A DNA stretch of 62,215 bases from Octopus bimaculoides. Lineage: Eukaryota. Of the stretch, positions 52,349 through 62,215 are shown one piece after another. A program made the translations under genes and the position numbers. The DNA is taken from NCBI RefSeq assembly GCF_001194135.2, contig NC_068991.1:45540059-45602273 (forward strand), in the 5' to 3' direction. Below the pieces are notes generated by a model. It worked only from the letters and a program-made list of their open reading frames with translations. It made no database searches and was not told the origin of the DNA. How positions within the stretch are numbered: the first letter of the stretch is position 1; the number at the start of each line of letters is the position of its first letter.

Positions 52349-52437
52349 CACCTCTTGATATCCTGTTGCTTATATATATATATATATATATATATACATA
52401 CATAAACGTAAAATGAAAACAGAACGCAAAGGATTCC

Positions 52438-52536
52438 GCGGTACACGTGTTTCAAGCTTTATACACAAGCTGTCGTTGCATCATTATATGAGTATATAAA
52501 TGATAGAAAGGACGGTTTAAAGCTATCTTCAGCCGC
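52438..52536 (-). ncRNA. Type I hammerhead ribozyme motif, second sequence family, 3' of a PLE
   Basis: RC: gcgg CTGAAGA t agcttta [56 nt] taaagct t GAAAC acgt GTA ccgc; palindromic stem III ACACGTGT. Confidence 0.8.
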
Positions 52537-53329
52537 AAACATTTTCAGTCCCAAGATTACATCACAAAGAAAAAAGAAAAAAGAGAGAGAAAAAGGAAAA
52601 GTCCACTTAGTATTATCCATTTTAATATGCTTATCCTTTAAATTGTTATATCTGCATAAATGTTCCTTGGTATTCAAAAATCTGTCCATATTGTACCACA
52701 ATTCAGGGTAGAGTGAATGATAAATAGGTTGGATTGTATATAACCTCTAACTTTTTTTTATTTTTGATCTTCTCCTTCTATTTCATATACGCTAGTTATA
52801 TAATTTCAGGGTTAGGGATTATTGATGAGGCTAGTGATAATAGTAAAGGAGGAAGAGGGAAGTGTGGTTTAGATGGTACGTGAATGTTAACCTTTGTGTT
52901 AATTTGCATGAAGGCTATAAAGTTAGAGATAGTGAAAATGGGAATGGCCACTATTTGAGGGAAGTAAATTGACTGGTTCAGTGGCTTAGGGAGATTAGTA
53001 ACGTATGTGAAAAGATGGAGATGGGATAGATTGGATGTGGGTAGGTGGTCAGAATAGTAGTTGTTAACGGGACAAAGGAATTGGGTTGATGTTGGAGGGG
53101 GTGTTATGGTATGGAGGGATGTGAATAGGGAAGGGTGGAGGTAAATTGGTAGGTTTTCAAAGGGCTGGGGCAGTGTTAAGTACTTTTTGAAAGTGGAGAG
53201 GTTGGGAAAGCTAAGAGAGAAGCGGGAAGTAGTGGGATTGAGGTATCTGGAAGAAACTGGAAATGTGTGTATGAGAAAGAATAAGAGGTGGGTAGTATTT
53301 TTTAAATAGTAGGTTGCTAGGCTATGTTA

Positions 53330-54600
53330 ATTTGGGTATAGATACTTAAAGTTATAAGATTACATAGATTGAGTGAAGTGCATGAAAGATGAGTAGTACC
53401 TGTGTTTACAAGAATAAATTACATTAGAGTATCTAGTAAGTAATGAGGAGTTATGAAGGCGAAGAATGGTTAATGATTCTGTTAGACATAACTTACACTT
53501 GCCGATGCTTGCATTGCACGGGATAGCTTCACTTAGTATGAACCAGGATAGGGTGTATGGAATATTTCGAGATTTAAGGTTGTGTATATGCGTTGCTATG
53601 GAGGTTGATAATTTAGAATTTGGATTGGAGAAACAGTTCATTTGTGCACAGTAGCGGCGCTTAAAATCTACGGTGCCACTGATATATACCCTTGCTTGGT
53701 GGGAGCGTGGTGTTATAACACGGCGCTAGTAGACTAAATTTTTATGTAGATAGGAGCCTCCAAGAGGGTTTAGTTGAGAAACCCGACAATTGGAAGTTTT
53801 CCTATCTGCTCAATGGTTGGAGTTTACTGTTAATGAGGTGAGCTTCTTTAATTCATTATTATTGGTGGTGGTGGTGGTGGGGGGGGGGGCTAAGAGCAGT
53901 CTGTATTTGTATTGGACTGGGAGATGGTACTGCAACCAGTATTTATTGTCGTCTACGTAGGATTGTGGGATGATAGCTTGAGTCTGCTATTATTTCATTT
54001 CGGGGGTTACAAAGGGCTGTGTTATTGCTAATATGTGGGTTACTTTGGGGTACAGTATGAGAGTTTGAGGTCTTTCGAGATCTGGTGTTGGACTTTTCGC
54101 TTGTTCGAGGAAGTGATTGTGGATCCCAAATTAGGTGTAGTGGAGTAGGAGATTTTTATGGATGATTTGTTAAAGATGGAATAGTATTCATGCTGTGGTG
54201 GAAAATTAGATTTTAGTGTTTTAGAGAAGAGTTTAGGTAGAGATTTAACTTGGAGAGAGAAAGGTGGTGCAAGCCATAAGATTCCCCATTTCCTGGCCTT
54301 AGAGTGTTTAGAGTGTGTGGTTGTAGTGGGTTGATCAGGAGGTGATGGGGCTTGTAGATGTTATTGGCTTGGGTGGCCAGTAGGGCGGCCGGGTGATATG
54401 TGTAGGGGGTTTGTTTTTGAGAGTTGTTGGATTGGTGAAGAGTGGAATCAAGGTTAGTATAGGGAAAGAGATGTGCTATTATAGTCTTAAGCTTAGTATT
54501 GGGGATATAATGGATTTTTTCGCGGAAGCTGCTTATTTGGAGGGCCTGATTATAATAAAGGGCGTGAGTGTAAACAATTTCTACGTTAGCAGATAAGTTA
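53330..54600 (-). mobile_element. Penelope-like element 3' part (RT thumb to GIY-YIG)
   Basis: RC: YNQALQISSFRE..; YISGT.DFKRRY..; LSTSIATHIHNLKSRNIPYTLSWFIL..CKLCLTESLTIL..CKHR; pyrimidine-rich 3' extension to ~52740. Confidence 0.8.
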
Positions 54601-54628
54601 GAGATTCTGATATACATACATACATACA

Positions 54629-54664
<36 letters not shown>

Positions 54665-54689
54665 TATANNNNNNNNNNNNNNNNNNNNN

Positions 54690-55385
54690 TTATTCACCAG
54701 TTAACATATAAATCCAATAAAGTTTTTATAAGATAAGAAATTATAGGAATATTCCGTTGGATAACTCTCTGAATATATTTCCTTAATCATATCGGTTTCT
54801 TGGAGTATAAATATTGACAATATTAGAAATAAGGATTACTCCGAAATAACAATAGCATTACCTTTAATTCTGTATACCGCCTTTTAAGACCCACACATGT
54901 TTTGATTGCACCGATTAGTAATCGTTGCAATTGCAACCTTACTATAAAAAGGTGCAGTCTCTTCACTTGATAGCCTTCCGTATGGCCGTTTTATGGTTTT
55001 CTTTTGTAAACTCTGCGTTGTATAATATAGATGTATAGTTACATCTGACGGTAAGGAATTCTTTTACATCGGTGGGACATCATTAATTTTCAAGAGGAAA
55101 CTGGCAAATCATTTGAGTTCATTTAAAGACAAAAATAAAATGATCCAAACGAGTCTTAGCAAATTAATGTGGTGTTTTAAGGACAGTAACAAGGACTATA
55201 CAATTAGATGGGAATTAATTTATACTGCAAAACCATACAGACCTGGAACCAATAGATGTGACCTCTGTTTAGAAGAATTTTACAGGATTTTCACATTTAA
55301 GAGTAATGTAATAAATTCTAGACAGGAGCAAGCATTGAGATGCTGGCACATGAGGAAATTCACATTTACGAACTATAAATGGATA
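54690..55385 (+). mobile_element. Penelope-like element GIY-YIG fragment
   Basis: YRCIVTSDGKEFFYIGGTSLIFKRKLANHLSSFKDK..LSKLMW..IRWELI..RCDLCLEE..NSRQE..CWHMRKF. Confidence 0.82.
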
Positions 55386-56529
55386 ATTATTATTTAAACT
55401 ATATATATANNNNNNNNNNNNNNNNNNNNNNNNNNNNNNNNNNNNNNNNNNNNNNNNNNNNNNNNNNNNNNNNNNNNNNNNNNNNNNNNNNNNNNNNNNN
55501 NNNNNNNNNNNNNNNNNNNNNNNNNNNNNNNNNNNNNNNNNNNNNNNNNNNNNNNNNNNNNNNNNNNNNNNNNNNNNNNNNNNNNNNNNNNNNNNNNNNN
55601 NNNNNNNNNNNNNNNNNNNNNNNNNNNNNNNNNNNNNNNNNNNNNNNNNNNNNNNNNNNNNNNNNNNNNNNNNNNNNNNNNNNNNNNNNNNNNNNNNNNN
55701 NNNNNNNNNNNNNNNNNNNNNNNNNNNNNNNNNNNNNNNNNNNNNNNNNNNNNNNNNNNNNNNNNNNNNNNNNNNNNNNNNNNNNNNNNNNNNNNNNNNN
55801 NNNNNNNNNNNNNNNNNNNNNNNNNNNNNNNNNNNNNNNNNNNNNNNNNNNNNNNNNNNNNNNNNNNNNNNNNNNNNNNNNNNNNNNNNNNNNNNNNNNN
55901 NNNNNNNNNNNNNNNNNNNNNNNNNNNNNNNNNNNNNNNNNNNNNNNNNNNNNNNNNNNNNNNNNNNNNNNNNNNNNNNNNNNNNNNNNNNNNNNNNNNN
56001 NNNNNNNNNNNNNNNNNNNNNNNNNNNNNNNNNNNNNNNNNNNNNNNNNNNNNNNNNNNNNNNNNNNNNNNNNNNNNNNNNNNNNNNNNNNNNNNNNNNN
56101 NNNNNNNNNNNNNNNNNNNNNNNNNNNNNNNNNNNNNNNNNNNNNNNNNNNNNNNNNNNNNNNNNNNNNNNNNNNNNNNNNNNNNNNNNNNNNNNNNNNN
56201 NNNNNNNNNNNNNNNNNNNNNNNNNNNNNNNNNNNNNNNNNNNNNNNNNNNNNNNNNNNNNNNNNNNNNNNNNNNNNNNNNNNNNNNNNNNNNNNNNNNN
56301 NNNNNNNNNNNNNNNNNNNNNNNNNNNNNNNNNNNNNNNNNNNNNNNNNNNNNNNNNNNNNNNNNNNNNNNNNNNNNCATACACACACATGCACTTACTA
56401 AACATAGACACACATAGAGGGATACGCATGCGCAAATAAAGACACATACAATAGGAATACAAAATACAAAATACAAAATGGCTAATCGTTAGTAAGGAGG
56501 GACACACAAATAAGAAAGAAGAAAGCAAT

Positions 56530-56574
56530 GGACCACTGATGAGGTCACAGAAGTGTGACGAAAGAACTCTGGCC
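56530..56574 (+). ncRNA. Minimal type I hammerhead ribozyme motif, third family
   Basis: ggacca CTGATGA g gtcaca gaag tgtgac GAAA gaa CTC tggcc; 6-bp stem II; stem I cca/tgg plus gg/cc with one mismatch. Confidence 0.7.
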
Positions 56575-57283
56575 GAAATACGATTAATGTAATATAAAAC
56601 TGAAGCAAATTAACACCAAATATGTAGTGCGTGTGTTTTTATTGGCTAAACTGGCAACATGACCATCCTCAAATACAACAATATATATATATATATATAT
56701 ATCAGACGACATGGTTCCTGTCTTTCACATAGTTGCCTTATGTGAAATGTGAAAATTATATTGAATGTTCTCACCATATAAATGTGCTTCAAAAACACAT
56801 TTAGCTTGCAGCACCATGGCAATGGTAGGATTCTCTAACCACAAATTATTTGGCAAGTCATGAGTGACAACTACGGAATCACAACTTCGACAAACTGTCC
56901 TGTCTGTTTTTTGTTTAGTTTTTAGTTGTGTCATTTGCCATTTTTTAAATCTCTTTTTCTTTCTTACGTTTATTATTATCATTTTCCTCTCACCTCCACC
57001 CGTCCCACCGCGCTCTTATCATTTAAGCTGCATATAGCAGCAATTCATTTAGTTACATTGTGTGTTCAAATCCCACAGGGTTGACTTTGTCTTTCATGCC
57101 TCCGGGGTCGCGGAAATAAGTGACAGTCATATCTCGCGATACGTCGATCATACGCACACAGGATTTTCCTACAGCTTTGTAACCTTCACTGTTTTTGCTG
57201 TTGTTTAGTTATTATTATTATCATTGTTGTTATTATTGTTGTTGTTTTTGTTGTTATTATTATTGTTGCTGCTGTTGTTATTG

Positions 57284-57340
<57 letters not shown>

Positions 57341-57414
57341 GTAACATTGTCGTTTTTCGTTGTTTCATGTTGTAAATGTTGTTAATCTTATATATATACT
57401 TCTCTTTTTCTTTC

Positions 57415-57506
57415 TCTCTCTCGCTTTCTCTCTCTCGCTTTCTCTCTCTCGCTTTCTCTCTCTCGCTTTCTCTCTCTCGCTTTCTCTCTCTCGCTTTCTC
57501 TCTCTC
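57415..57506 (+). repeat. 14-bp minisatellite (tctctcgctttctc)n
   Basis: Regular interruption of (TC)n by gcttt; runs into a gap. Confidence 0.88.
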
Positions 57507-58509
57507 NNNNNNNNNNNNNNNNNNNNNNNNNNNNNNNNNNNNNNNNNNNNNNNNNNNNNNNNNNNNNNNNNNNNNNNNNNNNNNNNNNNNNNNNNNNNNN
57601 NNNNNNNNNNNNNNNNNNNNNNNNNNNNNNNNNNNNNNNNNNNNNNNNNNNNNNNNNNNNNNNNNNNNNNNNNNNNNNNNNNNNNNNNNNNNNNNNNNNN
57701 NNNNNNNNNNNNNNNNNNNNNNNNNNNNNNNNNNNNNNNNNNNNNNNNNNNNNNNNNNNNNNNNNNNNNNNNNNNNNNNNNNNNNNNNNNNNNNNNNNNN
57801 NNNNNNNNNNNNNNNNNNNNNNNNNNNNNNNNNNNNNNNNNNNNNNNNNNNNNNNNNNNNNNNNNNNNNNNNNNNNNNNNNNNNNNNNNNNNNNNNNNNN
57901 NNNNNNNNNNNNNNNNNNNNNNNNNNNNNNNNNNNNNNNNNNNNNNNNNNNNNNNNNNNNNNNNNNNNNNNNNNNNNNNNNNNNNNNNNNNNNNNNNNNN
58001 NNNNNNNNNNNNNNNNNNNNNNNNNNNNNNNNNNNNNNNNNNNNNNNNNNNNNNNNNNNNNNNNNNNNNNNNNNNNNNNNNNNNNNNNNNNNNNNNNNNN
58101 NNNNNNNNNNNNNNNNNNNNNNNNNNNNNNNNNNNNNNNNNNNNNNNNNNNNNNNNNNNNNNNNNNCACCACCACCACCGCCATAACAACATCAAGAACA
58201 GCAACAATGACAACGAGCAGCGCCACCGACTCACCAGAAACTGCACCACTACCAATACCACCAGCGCCAGCACCAGTGCCACAACCACAACCACAACCAC
58301 AACCACAGCTACAAGAGCCATCATATCTATAGCTTCAGCGCTTCTAAACTGGTAACCATACTGCAATTATCACTAACGTCTCCACCACTACCGCCACCGC
58401 CGTCTCCACCACTTGCGCCGCATGTGCCGCTTGCGTCGCCTTTGCTGCTTCCATCGCCTCTGCCGCTTCTGCCGCCTCCGCTGTTTCCCAGTTTCTGTGT
58501 TGTATATAT

Positions 58510-58690
58510 TCTCCCCTGGACAGGACATCAGTCCGTCACAGGATTACTTATTTTTGCCACTTGAGTGAATTACTGACGTGAAACGAAATGTTTTGTTTAA
58601 GAACTCACCGCAATGTCCGGTCTGGGAATCGAAATCACAATCTTACGATCATGAGTCAAATACCCTAATCATTAAGCCATGCACCTCCCA
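58510..58690 (-). mobile_element. SINE family C
   Basis: Reverse-complement homologue of 17483-17722. Confidence 0.82.
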
Positions 58691-59059
58691 CTAAGTGTCC
58701 TTCAAGCACATCCATGTTTATACTTCGTAGATCACTGTGCTTCTTTTGGCAAGATAGTAAAAAACTATCGGCCATTGAACTCTCAACTGTTACAGTATTG
58801 GGTCCTTACTCTAGATATAGAAGGTGGGATATTTGGAACTATGCAGTGGCGTCCATTTTGGGGGTTGCTAGAGTTTTCAATCCCGAAGGAATCCTCCAGG
58901 ATCTTCCATACATATATGTGTGTTATTAATAATACCTAGAAGAAGGCGTTTCTTTTCCACTCACCTCACTGACGTGAGCTTTGGCTAGGTGGAACTGATG
59001 TCATCAGACGTTATCCAACGATCATCGGGTGTTTCAACCCTGAGTTGCAACACCCTTCC

Positions 59060-59700
59060 GTTGGTAGCTCAGAGGAAGTGGCCAAATCACAGCTCTTCAT
59101 TTCCTACTGGTTTGCAGATTAATTCCTCTCTCTTGCTCCATAACCAACAAGAAGGGCATTCTACTGCATCTCCCATCCTGCGCACAACCACCCTTCGCTC
59201 TTTTCCTCTCATTCCAACAATGGCTGTAAGCATTTATACCAACTGGGCAGGGAATCCTCCACAGCCAATCTTGACAGGGGAAGCTATGACTGCTATTCCT
59301 TCTCCAACAATCCTATAGAAGGCTGTCGTACTTGGCACGCTTCACTTAGAAGACCTGATCGCACCCTTCTTCTCATAGAACTGTAAGTTCGATCAAGATT
59401 ATTCTTTTCACCTTTTCAGACCCAGAACTATATCTGGCCTCGGGATTGTATGGACGACCCGAGAAAACTACATTCTCTCTCCTAGGTCCCCTTTCATATT
59501 CTGTAATTGGTGCCCATGTAGTAAGCTGTTTGTCTTCTTTTTTTTTTGTCCTCACTGACTTTTCTTCTTCTTTCATGAACTTGACTGGTGCTGTTGTTTT
59601 TCCCTGATGATGTTTCTTGAGCCTTTCCTATTCCAGGATGCGAGTGATTGCTACAAACATCTTGTCATGGCACCACTTGCATGTCCCTTGAGTAAGTGCT
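59060..59700 (-). mobile_element. RLE non-LTR retrotransposon 3' fragment (HERO/NeSL-like)
   Basis: RC: RPDIVL..KRIILIELTVL*EEGC..KRAKYDSL..FPVKIGCGGFPAQ..CWLWSKR; PD-(D/E)xK endonuclease. Confidence 0.78.
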
Positions 59701-59933
59701 ATTTTGCATCCTGGTAAGGTGTGTGTCATGGTACAAAATCTACAAAATCTACACTGCGCTGACTTCCACGTAAACTCCGTCTGTGCTGGCTTGTCGGCGT
59801 TGGGAGAGTGTCATGCACTGGCTGGAAATGGAAAGAACCAAGAAGTGGTGGTGGTGTGGACAAACAAAGAGATACACACATAGGTACGCACAAACACACC
59901 TACGCACACATACACATAAGTATATATGTATGA

Positions 59934-59981
<48 letters not shown>

Positions 59982-60139
59982 TATATCTTTCACGACTTCG
60001 TTCTTGGGAGTAGAGCCTCAGTTTTTTTTAGCCTTACCCAGTATCTCATCTGTTGCAGTGAGGCATTCTTCTTGAAGCATTGACATTGGTTTACCTCCGG
60101 CTCCGCTGTTAGTTTGACGCTATGTGATGCCTTGAGAGC

Positions 60140-60290
60140 AGTAGGTGACGAAAAACAAAGTTTTGGCAGAGTTCTTGTCGAACGGAGCGGATCAGAAAAA
60201 TGACAATAAGCCGAAGGATGAGCAAGTGGGATTCAAGACAGCTAGAGTATGCGAGAATATCATAGCGCTGATCAATCGGATCTATAACCA
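60140..60290 (+). mobile_element. Degraded LINE (RTE-like) RT fragment
   Basis: NKVLAEFLSN..NKPKDEQVGFKTARVC resembles GKVLARIILNR..KLRDEQAGFR.GRSC. Confidence 0.45.
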
Positions 60291-60509
60291 TTTTGAATGT
60301 AGTATGTTGATGGACAACAAGACGTCCTCAAAGTGATTTTCTGCGAAATATAGTTCACGAAGAAACTGCATCCTCACCTTCATCCTATTCCTAGTTATCA
60401 TGGACTGGATCATGTGTAAAGCTGTGCAAGACAAACTAATTGAGCTGTAATTAAATCGAAATAGTTAATATTTGTTAACGTCGTACTGATTTTATTTTTT
60501 TGCAGTTAT

Positions 60510-60725
60510 AAAAATATTAGTTCTAGTATAAGCATAAGTCCAGCAATTTTGGAGGTAGGTGTTTTGTCAATTATATTGAGCTTAGTAATTGAGTGATGTT
60601 TTATTTTATCAACCCCGGCAGGATAAGAGGTAAAATTGAACTGAGCGGAATTTGAATTCAGAAAGCGGGGACTTGGAACAAATGCCACAAGACGTCCAAC
60701 CAAATACTCTAAAGATTCTGCCACT
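60510..60725 (-). mobile_element. Diverged SINE family A
   Basis: tattagttctagtataagcataagtccagcaatttt..tttatcaacccc..gcggaatttgaattcag..gattctgcc. Confidence 0.72.
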
Positions 60726-62215
60726 GTCCTCATCAAAATAATAATTGTTTCTAACTGAGGAGCAAAGCTACATATTGTGGTGGATGGATGCATCCAACAC
60801 CAGAGATATAAAAAGTAAGGTTGACCTCGACATGGTTTCGATTCAGAACATAAGAAAACGCTGGTTCACAATCACAAAGTATAGTGTCTTCCACTCTATC
60901 AATCTCACTATCGTTACTCAATAAATTCTGATGCTATTGCTGTGGGTTGTTGCAGTTTAACACCAAGCTATTTTTGTTTTCAGATTGAAGAAAAGCATTT
61001 CAACCGTGACGAAACTGTTTTATTTTCCTACGTCTATTGAATGCCTTCATTATTCAATGTGTCTTGCGATATTTTTTATGTAGACGACAGGGACTGTTAA
61101 CTCCTCTGTCTCGTAGTGACGAGCTGCTAATATTGTTAATGTTGTTGCTGTTATTTTACTCCAAGCCAGCACTCAATGGACAACTCTAGAACAAAAGACA
61201 TTCCAACCGTGATCTTACCGCCATTTTGTACCTCTCAGAATACACGGAACAATGCGTAACGTTAAATTGAGAGAAATTTAGCTGCAATTTCTTGCAGATC
61301 TAATGACCAAGTAGAGACTCCATCACTGACTCGGTCTTCTTGCGGCAACTGCTACTGATGCTGCTTGCTTCGTATGATGCAGTCTACAGGGTACAGAAAT
61401 ATAGTCCTTTGAAAGAAGTTGGTGGTGGTGGTGGGGGGGGTGAAGACAATTAGGTAAATTATATTCAGTTTGAACTTTGAAAGGTCATTGATTAGGAACG
61501 CTGCCGTTGTTTCTGTTCTTGTTCCTCTTGTTATTCTTCCTATATATACATGTCATTCCTTATCCCATTCTATTGTATTAAAACAACTAATTTACGGGCA
61601 TTACTGTTGCACCGAGTGCTCTCTTACTCAGTCTATATTAATTTAAAATGGACCGCAATTAATTCCCTTTTGCACTTAATAGGCAGGAAACAAACATCAA
61701 CCTTATTAAATACAAACTACATATTTCTCTTTGTAGTTTTCAGTTTAATACGAGAAGAAAAGACAGTGTTCATATTTACGATGTTTTATACTTTTATTAC
61801 GAGAATGATTCGCTCATATATATTATATTTATCATTGCCAACATAATCTAATTTTTTCAGTTCCAAATTTAATTTAAAATACAATTTCGATTTAATTAAA
61901 AAAAAAAAAAAAATTAGTGATTTTTGCATACGAAAACATATTTTTTTAAAAAAGAAACCTCCTATAAAAATATATTTATCAACATGTATAACTTATTTTA
62001 TTTTCAAATGTCATTTAAAATGCAATTTCAGGATTGATTTTGGATTAAAAAAAAACTGCTTATAAAGACAAGTTGGACTTTAAATTACTGGCTAGGGCAC
62101 AGTATTTCATTTTGCAACCATAATATACTATCGTGTATATTAAAGGTTTACAAGTCAATATTGTAGCTTACTGTTTGTTTTAGCAGTACGATGCTTTTAT
62201 TTTTAAGTGATAAAT

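Larger units (their letters stand above)
51838..52371. repeat. Imperfect inverted repeat (~165-bp arms, ~200-bp spacer), each arm carrying a hammerhead
   Basis: 51838-52002 is approximately the reverse complement of 52205-52371. Confidence 0.88.

Overview
AT-rich eukaryotic window broken by about 20 N-gaps, nearly all flanked by microsatellites. The SINE families and microsatellite load suggest a cephalopod (Octopus-like) draft genome; this is an inference. I find no intact host gene, rRNA, true tRNA or CRISPR, and most listed ORFs are microsatellite or gap artefacts. The real content is decayed mobile DNA: four SINE families, RLE non-LTR retrotransposons (Dong/R4-like at (TAA)n tracts, one HERO-like), Tx1/L1, CR1/Jockey and RTE LINE remnants, at least six Penelope-like element (PLE) fragments, a mariner fragment, hAT and pogo MITEs, a Helentron-type HINE and three long inverted repeats. 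Three signals stand out. (1) Six type I hammerhead ribozyme (HHR) motifs have intact cores, three of them clustered within 700 bp on both strands (51860-52536) with an atypical U.U closing pair and long stem II. (2) A TSD-bounded PLE has a terminal repeat made of a tRNA-like Pol III head, (TAA)n and an HHR. (3) A SINE family has a 3' tail matching the 3' UTR of a Tx1/L1 element. All folds and alignments were done by eye; no database search or folding program was run.
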